Of a stretch of DNA of 64,000 nucleotides, positions 55,427 to 64,000 are shown in pieces (position 1 is the stretch's first letter; each line of letters opens with the position of its first letter). The position numbers and the translations under genes are program-made. The notes beneath the pieces were generated by a model, which saw only the letters and a list, made by a program, of their open reading frames with translations, was not told where the DNA came from and did no database searches. This DNA is from an uncultured Thermoplasmata archaeon (GTDB lineage: Archaea; Thermoplasmatota; Thermoplasmata; Lutacidiplasmatales; UBA184): NCBI GenBank assembly GCA_963842165.1, contig CAWJFK010000025.1:125681-189680 (forward strand), written 5' to 3'.

Positions 55427-57255
55427 ATGGCGCTCGACACCTCGATTCGTTCGCTGGAGAAGGGGGATCGGCACCACCGGCGGCCGTCGGGAGCCCGGGC
55501 GAACTCGTTCCACGGCTGAGGCTCCTTCGGCCACGTCCGCCTGGTGGCAAGGCACTCATCGCTCGGCGATGTTCTACCTACTCACGCCGCTCCTCGCCGG
55601 CGGCGTAGCGGCCGCGACGGTCGGCATTTCCCTCATCGGATTCGCCGGCTATCTCCCGACGGCGAGCGTCGACCTCCTCTACTCGTTCCTCCGGATGTGC
55701 GCCGCCTACGCGGGGTCGCTCGGGTTCTCGCTCGCCTACGGATACTACGCCGCGACCCGCCGGCAAGGCGAACGCGTCATGATCCCGGTGCTCGACATCC
55801 TCCAATCCGTCCCGATCCTCGGTTTCTTTCCCGTCGCCATCGTCGCCTTGGCGGACCTCACGCCGAACAGCTGGGTCGGCCCGAACATCGCTTCGGTCTT
55901 CCTCATCTTCACCTCGATGTCGTGGAACATGGTCTTCGGCGTCTACGAGTCGGTCAAGACCCTCCCGGCCGACCTTCGGGAGGCGACCGACTCGTTTGGC
56001 GTCCGGGGCATCCAACGATTTCGCCAGGTGCTCTTCCCGGCGATCGATCGAACCGTCTCGTCTACAACTCGGTCCTTTCGTGGACCGCGGGTTGGTTCTT
56101 CCTCGTCGAGGCGGAGATCTTCACGACGAACGGGGGCGGCGCGCTCCCCGGCATCGGGAGCTACCTCTCGTTCGCCGCGGGGAATCACAACGGGACCGCC
56201 TTCCTGACTGGCCTCGTCCTCCTCGTCAGTGTCATCGCGGTCCTCGACTTCGGGGTCTGGCGCCCCCTCGGCCGTTTCGCGGAGCGGTTCCGGTACCATT
56301 CGTCCCCCTCGGGGGAAGGCGAGGTCACCGGCATCGGGACGACCACGACCCGGTTCCGGCGCGCGGCCGGGTACATCGCGCGCGGGGTCCGTTCGGGGGT
56401 CACGCGGGTCAGCACTCCGCTGGTGCAGCTTGCCGCGATCCCGTTCCGTTCCTCCTCCGGCCGTCGGCAGCGCGAAGACCACCACCCGGCGCTCTACTAC
56501 GGGATCCTGGGCGCCGATCCTCGTCGCGGTCTGGCTCCTCTTGATCGAGATCGTCGTGGCCATCTTCAACGTTTTCTCCGCCCCGCTCGTCTCAGTCGGT
56601 GCGAGACCAAGATCCCTAGACCTCCCCCTCGAGATGGGCCTCTCACTCGTTCGGGTCGTGTTGGCCTTCACCTTCTGTCTCTCCATCGCCCTGCCGCTCG
56701 CCATCCTCCTCTCGAGGAGGCCGCGGGCGGCGCGCGTCGGGCTCCCCATCGTGGAAGTGGTCGCCTCGTTCCCCGCGACGGCGCTCTTCCCGGTCATCAT
56801 CTTCGAACTGCTCCCGTACATCAGCGGGGAGGGGGCGGCGGTCCTGATGCTGATGACCGGAATGATGTGGTATCTCTTCTTCAACCTCCTCTCAGGGATC
56901 CGGGGGCTGCCTCCAGATCTGGAGGAGGCCTCGCGCTCGTTCGGGGTCAAAGGCCGGGGCTTCTTCGCCAAGGTGCTCCTCCCCGGCGTCTTCCCCGCGC
57001 TCATCACGGGGTCGATCACGGCGTTCGGCGGCGGCTGGAACACGTTGATCGTCGCCGAGTACCTGAACGTGGTACTTCCAGACGTTCCGGGTGCCGGGGA
57101 TCGGCTCCGCCATCGATATCGGTTACGCCGAGCCGAACGGCCTCCCGCTCATGGTCGCCGCCCTGCTCACCCTGGTGCTCGCGGTGATCGCCATCAACGA
57201 ACTCATATGGAAGCCGCTCTACCGCCGGGCGGTCGAGAAGTACCGGTACGACTGA
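55427..57255 (+). CDS. ABC transporter permease, NitT/TauT type with duplicated membrane domain (frameshifted)
   Basis: IPVLDILQSVPILGFFP, WNMVFG.YES..LP.DL.EA and a second half with SFPATALFP..GGGWN..IVAE. Confidence 0.88.
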
Positions 57256-57295
57256 CGCGGCCGGCACCGGGATCGAAGGGCGCGGGAGGGTACGG

Positions 57296-58118
57296 ATGGC
57301 ACTGATCCGCGTGGAGAACGTGGGCAAGAGCTTCGCGTCCCGCCACGGCACGATGTCGATCATGGAGGGCATCACGTTCGACGTGAAGGACGCGGATTTC
57401 CTCGCGATCGTCGGTCCCTCCGGCTGCGGCAAGTCGACGCTGCTCCGCCTCATCCAGGGACTGGACCACCCCACGTCAGGGCCAGATCTACTTCCGCGGA
57501 CCAGCCCGTCGACCGCGTGTGCCACGAGATGGCGATGGTGTTCCAGAACTTCGCGCTCCTGCCGTGGCTGACCGTCTCCCAGAACGTCACGTTCGGGCTG
57601 GAGGCGCTCGGCTGGGCGCCGGACCGGATCCGGGCCCAGTCGGAGCGCTACATCTCCGTCACCGGTCTCGAGGGGTTCGAAGAGGCCTATCCGCGGGAGC
57701 TCTCGGGCGGGATGCGGCAGCGAGTCGGGCTCGCCCGGGCGCTCGCCGTGGAGCCGGCGGTCCTGCTCATGGACGAGCCATTCAGCGCGCTCGACCCCCT
57801 GACCGCGGAGAGCCTTCGCGAGGAGGTCCTCCAACTCTGGAGGGACCCGGGGCTTCCGCCGGAGGCCGTCGTGCTCGTCACCCACAACATCGAAGAAGCG
57901 ATCCAGCTCGCCGACCGGATCGTCTGTCATGGCGCATGCGCCCCTCCCACGTCTTGGAGCAGGTCGAAGTTGACCTCCCCCGGCCGCGCGACCGGAAGTC
58001 GAGCGCGTTCTACGACCTCACCGACCGCGTCTACTCGCTCATCACGGAAAGCGGGGTCCCCCGCCCCGCCCGGGCCGCCGCCCCCCCGGTGGCCCCGCCG
58101 TCTTCACAACCCTTATAG
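57296..58118 (+). CDS. ABC transporter ATP-binding protein (frameshifted)
   Basis: GPSGCGKS, LSGGMRQR, LLMDEPFSALD and VTH motifs. Confidence 0.93.
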
Positions 58119-58156
58119 GGCTCGTCCTCGGTCCGGTTCCCCTCTACGGAGAATCC

Positions 58157-58771
58157 TTGGCAACCAGCTATCCGAAGTGCAGCCCGACCGAGATGATGGG
58201 CCTGCTCGTCCTGTTGAACTCGCACAACGGGTCCGAGGACGTGGCGCGCCTGGCCGACGACCTCGACCTCGAGATCGACGAAATCCTGCCCTCGGTCGAG
58301 TACGCGGAAGTGCTCCAGCTCGTCAAGGTCTCGGACGGCCACACGACCCTCACTGACCTCGGGAAGAAGTTCCTGGCCGCCACCATCCGGGAGCGAAAGT
58401 CGATCCTGCGCGAGCAGCTCGCCCGCACGACGCTCTTCCGCACCCTCCTCCGCGCCCTCGACCGGGCCCCGGAACGCCAGTTGAGCGACGAGGAGCTGGG
58501 CTCGATCGTGTCGCTCGCCCAGGCGCCGCTCGAGGACGCGGTCCAGAACATCGTCAACTGGGGTCGGTACGCGGAGCTGTTCCGGTACGATTCGGACGAG
58601 CACCGCCTGACCGCCATCCGGTACCCCTCCGCGAAGACCGGGGGCGGTTCGCGACCCCCGCCGCCGTCCTCGCCGGGCGAGTCAAAGACCCGTCCGACCG
58701 CGGCTCGCTCGGCCCGCGCCCCTTCGGATACGGAGACCCGGACCGCGCCGCTGGCCGTTCTCGCGACGTGA
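58157..58771 (+). CDS. Stand-alone AAA-associated C-terminal domain protein of NitT/TauT ABC ATPases
   Basis: GLL..L....G.ED..LADDL.LE.DEILP and IVNWGRYAELF.YD. Confidence 0.78.
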   Translation: MATSYPKCSPTEMMGLLVLLNSHNGSEDVARLADDLDLEIDEILPSVEYAEVLQLVKVSDGHTTLTDLGKKFLAATIRERKSILREQLARTTLFRTLLRALDRAPERQLSDEELGSIVSLAQAPLEDAVQNIVNWGRYAELFRYDSDEHRLTAIRYPSAKTGGGSRPPPPSSPGESKTRPTAARSARAPSDTETRTAPLAVLAT

Positions 58772-58800
58772 CCTCGCGGCGACGGGGCCGCTGGCTGCCC

Positions 58801-58815
58801 AGAAGCCCTTAAACT
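58801..58815 (+). promoter_or_regulatory. BRE/TATA-like promoter of tRNA-Ala
   Basis: AGAAG-CCC-TTAAAC about 27-31 nt upstream of the tRNA. Confidence 0.55.
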
Positions 58816-58839
58816 GGGTCGGCCCTCCCCCGCGCCGTT

Positions 58840-58911
58840 GGGCACGTAGATCAGCGGAAGATCGCTGCTTTCGCAAAGCAGAGGTCGGGGGTTCAAATCC
58901 CCCCGTGTCCA
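58840..58911 (+). tRNA. tRNA-Ala(CGC), intron-free
   Basis: GGGCACG/CGTGTCC acceptor with G3:U70, CTGCT-TTCGCAA-AGCAG anticodon arm and TTCAAAT T-loop. Confidence 0.96.
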
Positions 58912-58928
58912 CTGGACCTCGGAGATCG

Positions 58929-59876
58929 ATGATGCCGCGCTCCCTTCGCGAATCCCTCCGGGACCACCCCCTGTTCTTCGCCCCGGTGCTGCCCTCCCTG
59001 CGGAGCCCCGCTCACCGGATCGCCGAGCGGGTCGACGAAACGGCTCGACTGCTCCTGAAGGCGCCTCGGGTCGATGCGGTGTACATCCCCGAGCTGGTGG
59101 AGGAGAACCACGAAGGCCGCCCCCGGTACCGTTCCTACGACCCCGGAGAGTACGTGGTCCACGTGACCAGCCGCACGGGCCACCCCGGGATCGTGACGAA
59201 GGTCGTCGCGCACGTCGAGAGCCCTTCGGCGCTGAGGGACTGGGCGGAGCGCAGTGTCCGGAGGGGAGTGCAGAACATCGTACTCGTGGGGGGATCGAGC
59301 GACCGGATACCGTATCCCGAACCTCCGGTCGAGGAGGCCGACCGGATCGTCGTCCCGATCCTCGCGGCGCAGGGAGGGGTCGTCGGCAACATCACGATTC
59401 CCCACCGAGCCGAGGAGGCCACCCGCATGCTTCGGAAGACGCGGGCCGGGGTCGTCTTCTTCACGAGCCAACTGTTGTTCGAGGCCCAGGGGATCATTGA
59501 CGCGATCACGGGGTATGGCCGACTGTGCGCGGCGGCCGGGATCACCCCCGCGACCGTCGTCCTCAGTTTCGCCCCCTTGGGCGACGAGGACGACATCGAG
59601 TTCGTGCGGTGGCTCGGAGCCCACCTGCCCGACGACGTCGAGCAGGCGCTCCTTCAAGACGAACAAGCGCTCTCGCGACGCACCGTGGAGCTCGCCCTGA
59701 GCGTGTGGACCGAGGTCGTGGGAGCCACGGCCGGGGCCGGGGTCCCCCTCGGGGTCAGCGTCGAGCAAGTGTCGACCCGGCACTTCGTCAGCGCGCGGGA
59801 CTTGCTGATCGCGTTCAGCGGGCTTCTACCAGAGCGGCGACGGTCGTCCGTCTCCGCGGGGCCGGAGGTCAGGTGA
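58929..59876 (+). CDS. Mycobacterial-type methylenetetrahydrofolate reductase-like protein
   Basis: VYIPELVEEN..RP, VLVGG, GNITIPHR.EE..R...K..AG..FFTSQLL and FVRWLG. Directly upstream of the MetE genes. Confidence 0.68.
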   Translation: MMPRSLRESLRDHPLFFAPVLPSLRSPAHRIAERVDETARLLLKAPRVDAVYIPELVEENHEGRPRYRSYDPGEYVVHVTSRTGHPGIVTKVVAHVESPSALRDWAERSVRRGVQNIVLVGGSSDRIPYPEPPVEEADRIVVPILAAQGGVVGNITIPHRAEEATRMLRKTRAGVVFFTSQLLFEAQGIIDAITGYGRLCAAAGITPATVVLSFAPLGDEDDIEFVRWLGAHLPDDVEQALLQDEQALSRRTVELALSVWTEVVGATAGAGVPLGVSVEQVSTRHFVSARDLLIAFSGLLPERRRSSVSAGPEVR

Positions 59877-60852
59877 CGGCCGAATCCCGACCGGTCTACG
59901 CCAGCCTCACCTCCCCCTTCCCTCGACCGGAGCGGTTGGTCGCGGCCACGCGCGACCTCGACCGGGGACGGACGACCCCGGAGCTCGCCGAGAAGGCGTT
60001 CGTCGAGGCGGAGACCGAGCTCCTCGCCCTCGAGGAACGCCTTTTCTCCAATGTGACCGCCGGCTATCTCCGTTGGAACGATCTCTTCCGCCCATTCGCC
60101 GAGACCTGGGGCGGTTTCACCGTCGGCCCGCTGACGCGCTGGTTGGAGACCAATACGTTCTTCCGGCAACCCATCCTCTCCGGTCCGCCGCACCGGTCGC
60201 CGGGCGCGATCGCCGCCCGCCTCCCGCCTCCGCTCGCGGCCCGGGCGGCGTCCGCGCGGGTGTTCCTGCCCGGCCCCTACACGCTCACGAAGGTTATCGA
60301 AAATCGTTCGGACGCGTCGGAGGTTGAGGTCCTGCTCACCCTTGGCCGCCTGCTCGGTGAGGAGGTCCAGGAGCTGAGCTCGCACGGGTTCGGTGTGTTC
60401 CAGTTCAGCGACCCGATGCTGGTGACAGACCCTCCCGAAAGTTCGCTCGCCGACGGGGTGGTCGCCGCGTATGGGTCGATCGTCGAAGCCCGCCCGCGCG
60501 ACGACCGTGGTCTGGACGTTCGGCGGCGGGGCCGGTCCCGCCCTCCCGCTGCTCGACCGGCTGCCGGTGTCGGTCGTTGGGATCGACCTGACCGAGACCG
60601 AGCCGGAAGCGCTCCGGCCGGGACCGGAACGTCTCGGGCTCGGCCTCGGGATCATCGACCCTCGCACAACGTTGCCGGAGACCCTGGCCGACTCGGTCGG
60701 GGTCGTCCGCGAGGCCCTTCGGCGCGGCCTCGTCGAGTGTTTGGCTCGGCCCGGGCGCTCCGCTCGACCTCCTTCCGGCGCGACCGGCCGAGCAAAAGCT
60801 CCTGCGGCTCTCCGACGTCCGGCACGCCCTGCTTCGGGAGGGATGGGATTGA
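59873..60852 (+). CDS. Split MetE, N-terminal-like (non-catalytic) subunit (frameshifted)
   Basis: TAG.LRW.DLFRP, TRW.ETNTFFRQP, LPGPYTL and LGIID.RTT..E. No Zn-ligand motif. Confidence 0.75.
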
Positions 60853-62008
60853 GCGCGCCCCTGTTCCCGACCCAAGAGATCGGCAGCCTCCAGAAGCCAG
60901 TCGCTCGAGGCCCTCCATGAGTGGGAAGAGCGCGTTCACTTCCTCTCTCGACTCGCGCACATTCCCGAGGAGGTGCTCCGACACCCCGACGTGGCGACGC
61001 TTCAGAACCTCCGGGCCGCGTTCGCGATCGCGTTCCTCGAATCCGCGGGTCTCGACCGAGTGTACGACGGGGAAGCCCGCCGGGTCGAGATGTACCGGTA
61101 CCGCGGTTCGCCAGATGACCGGCTTCCAGTTCCAGGGCCATGTCCGCTCGTGGGACTCGAAGTCCTACCGCAAGGGGACGGTCGTCAGCCGCGTCGACCT
61201 GATCGCCCCGTACCATCTCGAAGAGTTCGACTTCGTGCGCGAGCACGCCCGCGCCGCGGTCAAGCTACCGATCACCGGCCCCTACACCCTGGCCGACTGG
61301 AGCTACAGACGAGTCTATCTCGCCCGGCAACCCGGTTGGAAGGGGCGCCCTCAGCGGCGGGCCGCGCAGCGCGAGTTCGTGGTCGACCTGGCTCGGCGGG
61401 TGCTGCGGCCCACCCTCCAGGGCCTGATCGCGCACGGCTGCCGGGTGATCCAGATCGACGAGCCGGCGGCCGGCACCCACCCGGACGAGGCGCCCCTCGT
61501 CGTCGAGGGATTCAACGAGGCGACCGAGGGATTGGACGCCGAATTCTCGATGCACATCTGCTACTCCCGCTACCAGGACCTCCTCCCCGCCCTCCTCGAG
61601 GCGAAGGCGTGCCGGCAGTGGGCCTGGGAGTTCGCGAACCGGGACGGAGAGGGTCACGACGCGTACGAGGTGCTGAAGCTCCTGCGGGAGTACTCGGATA
61701 CGCGGTCGATCGGTCTCGGTGTGGTGGACGTGCACCGCAACGGGATCGAGACCCCGGCCGTGGTGTCCGAACGCATCCTGCGCGCGAGCCGGTACCTCGG
61801 AGACCCGGCGCGGATCTGGGTGAATCCGGATTGCGGCCTTCGGACCCGCAGCCTCGAAGTGGCGTACGCCAAGCTTCAGGCGATGGTCGAGGGAGCGAAG
61901 CTCGCCGGACCAGGTCGAGGGACCCGCTCGCTGATACGGGCGGAAGAGAAGGCACTTCGCGCGCCCGCCGCGGAGCCCGGGAGACGCACCACCGGACCGC
62001 GCCCGTGA
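60849..62008 (+). CDS. metE: Cobalamin-independent methionine synthase catalytic subunit (split MetE; frameshifted)
   Basis: TQEIGS..KP, ITGPYTLADWS, IQIDEPA and Zn ligands HIC, WEF and NPDCG. Confidence 0.88.
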
Positions 62009-62021
62009 GGGGGGTCCGCTA

Positions 62022-62681
62022 ATGGGTTCGGTCGCGCTCAGGTCCGGCGTGAGGAGGGCCCCCCGTGAGCCCGTCCGATGTGTCCTCTTCGACATCGGCG
62101 GAGTCCTCGTCCGATGGGATGACGAGGTGGCGTTCCGACGGGTCGCGCGCCGGTATCGCCTCGACCTTCGGCCCACATCGGCCGTACTGCGGGCGCTCCG
62201 GCCGGGACTTCAATCCGGGCGGCTCACGCTCTACGAATTCTGGTCCCGATTTGCACGAACGCTGCACGTCCCGGTTCCGGAGGACTGGCGGACGCTGTGG
62301 GCCACGGAACTCGAGCGGGGGGCTCGCCCCCGCCGCTCCGTGCAGATTCTCGCGTCCGACCTTCGACACGTCGGCGTGCGCACCGGCGTCTTCTCCAACA
62401 CGGACGCGTCCCACTGGCGACATTTCCGCTCCTCGGGATGGTTGGACGGGTTCTCACCGGCGATCCCGTCGTTCCAGATCCGGGCGGTCAAGCCCGCCCT
62501 CCTTGCGTTCCAGCGGGCGTCACGTCGTCTTCCCCCCGGTGCGGCACGTCCCGTGTTCGTCGACGACAGTCCGACCAACGTGGCCATGGGCCGGCGCGTG
62601 GGCTGGGACTCGCTCCGCTTCACGTCCGTCCCCCGATTGAGGAAGGAGCTCGCGGAACGCGGGCTCCTGGACCGAGCCTGA
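62022..62681 (+). CDS. HAD family hydrolase
   Basis: FDIGGVL, FSNT, VKP and FVDD..NV motifs. Confidence 0.85.
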   Translation: MGSVALRSGVRRAPREPVRCVLFDIGGVLVRWDDEVAFRRVARRYRLDLRPTSAVLRALRPGLQSGRLTLYEFWSRFARTLHVPVPEDWRTLWATELERGARPRRSVQILASDLRHVGVRTGVFSNTDASHWRHFRSSGWLDGFSPAIPSFQIRAVKPALLAFQRASRRLPPGAARPVFVDDSPTNVAMGRRVGWDSLRFTSVPRLRKELAERGLLDRA

Positions 62682-62798
62682 CTCGCGCGTCCTGGCGGGG
62701 CTGGCCCGATAACGGAGCACGAGCCCATCGCGGGCCCGCGGGACCGAACCCGGATCACAACTCGAACGGTTAATCTCCGCCGACCGGTTGGCGAACTC

Positions 62799-63471
62799 AT
62801 GGAATTTCGGCGCGAGTGCGGTCGTTGCCATGTCTCCCTGACCCCCGAGGAGTCCGCGTACATCTGTGCCCACGACTGCACCTTTTGCCCGACGTGCGTA
62901 CGCCAGCTGAAGTTCGTCTGCCCGAACTGCTCGGGCGAACTGGTTCGCCGACCGCGGCGCCCTGCGCCTCCGATCCCCCCGAGCAGGGCACCTCCGGCCC
63001 CCGACCCGGCCCTCTCCGTGCGCCGGGCTTCGGCCCAGGATCTCGATGCCTTGGTTCCTCTCTTCGACGGGTACCGACGGTTCTACCAGCAGGCCCCGGA
63101 CCTTTCGGGGGCGCGAACCTTCTTGACGGACCGACTCTCCCGCGAGGAGGCCGTGGTCCTGATTGCTGAGGACCGGGGTCGCGCCGTCGGGTTCACGCTC
63201 CTTTACCCTTCGTTCACGTCCGTCTCCCTGGGTCCGATCTTCGTGTTGAACGACCTCTTCGTGGCGCCCGAGGCACGTCGCAAGGGCGTCGGGGCTCGGC
63301 TCCTTGCGGCCGCCCGCACGTTCGGGGTGGAGCGCGGAGCCCACTTCCTCGAGCTCTCGACCGCGGTGGACAATCCGGCCCAGCATCTTTACGAATCCCA
63401 CGGCTGGAATCCGGAACCGGGAGTTTCTCCACTACGAGCTGCCGATCCCTTCCGGCTCTCGACCGGCGTAG
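62799..63471 (+). CDS. DUF1272-like Cys-rich domain fused to GNAT acetyltransferase (not in ORF track; frameshift near 63415)
   Basis: Manual translation: MEFRRECGRC...AYICAHDCTFCPTC...CPNCSGELVRRPRR, Pro linker, then LFDGYRRFY..GFTLLYPSFTSVS..LNDLFV.PEARRKGVG..LSTAVDN.AQHLYESHGW. Confidence 0.82.
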
Positions 63472-63606
63472 CTCGACTTGGCCGAGGGGAGACTCGAGGC
63501 GGTGGGGGGCGGCCCGGTCCGAACCGGCGCCCCGCCTTCGCCGGGGGCCGAGAGACCGAAGAAAGGCGTAGAACCCCGCCCCGAAAGCGAATTTCGGGGG
63601 AGCCGC

Positions 63607-63640
63607 TTTCTTTATATACCGTTTTAAATACTATTTATAC
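63607..63640 (+). promoter_or_regulatory. Cluster of TATA-like elements upstream of TBP gene 2
   Basis: TTTATATACC, TTTAAATA and TTTATAC in series before the ATG at 63642. Confidence 0.7.
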
Positions 63641-63641
63641 G

Positions 63642-64000
63642 ATGCTGGCGCGAATCCGAATCGAGAACGTAGTGGCGTCGACCTCGCTGGCCGAGACTCT
63701 CGACCTGCAATCGATCGCCCTTACCCTCGACGGGGCCGAGTACGAACCCGAACAGTTCCCGGGCCTGATCTACCGACTGAAGCAGCCCAAGACCGCGATC
63801 CTGTTGTTCCGCTCGGGAAAGGTCGTCTGCACGGGCGGCAAGAGCATGCACGAAGTCGAGGAGTCGATCCACCTCGTGGCCACCCAGATCAAGAAGTCGG
63901 GCGAGAAGATCAACATGCACCCGAAGATCGAGGTGCAGAACATCGTCGCGACGTCCGACCTCGGTTGCGAGATCAACCTCAATTCGATCGCAATCACTCT
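63642..64000 (+). CDS. tbp: TATA-box binding protein, copy 2 (runs off window end)
   Basis: Manual translation: [68 protein letters not shown]... Confidence 0.95.
   Translation, partial: MLARIRIENVVASTSLAETLDLQSIALTLDGAEYEPEQFPGLIYRLKQPKTAILLFRSGKVVCTGGKSMHEVEESIHLVATQIKKSGEKINMHPKIEVQNIVATSDLGCEINLNSIAIT

Noticed and set aside
62059..62067. CCCCCCGTG match to the tRNA-Ala 3' end as an att site
   Set aside because: Only 9 bp, low complexity and inside a coding sequence.
63503..63582. tRNA-sized minus-strand element with GGGGCGG/CCGCCCC ends and a TTCGGA loop
   Set aside because: It lacks U8, A14, G18G19, a D-stem and a proper anticodon arm. Probably chance pairing in GC-rich DNA.
62799..64000. 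Apparent stop-free ORF fusing DUF1272-GNAT to TBP2
   Set aside because: An indel near 63415 bypasses the natural TAG at 63469-63471. The intervening DNA contains TATA boxes and is intergenic.

Overview
High-GC archaeal chromosomal DNA. Archaeal markers are TBP (two copies), aIF-1A, Bud32, Cdc6/Orc1, a class I CCA-adding enzyme, Rpp21, Tsr3 and a class III signal-peptide pilin. The 'F-x-E-x-GLP-x-G-x-x-W-x-V' surface repeats and Thermoplasma-like MetE point to Thermoplasmatota (inference). Many genes carry single-base indels, including essential ones, which most likely reflects uncorrected long-read error. Gene boundaries below were therefore stitched across frames. Content: two fatty-acid/ETF oxidation clusters, housekeeping genes, a complete bacterial-style pentose phosphate operon (tkt, tal-pgi, HAD, gnd, zwf, pgl, plus a convergent glucokinase), an ABC transporter, an MTHFR plus split-MetE operon and four tRNAs. 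The main discovery lies in an apparently empty stretch at 53.75-54.03 kb (minus strand). It holds a tandem tRNA-Gln(CUG) and tRNA-Leu(UAG) pair interrupted by three non-canonical bulge-helix-bulge introns (59/60 in Gln; 21/22 and 59/60 in Leu), all of which splice in silico to normal cloverleaves. Other notable items are a zinc-ribbon/pilin domain swap, a triple zinc-ribbon RGG protein, a DUF1272-GNAT fusion missed by the ORF track, and a possible att-like repeat of the tRNA-Leu(CAA) 3' end.
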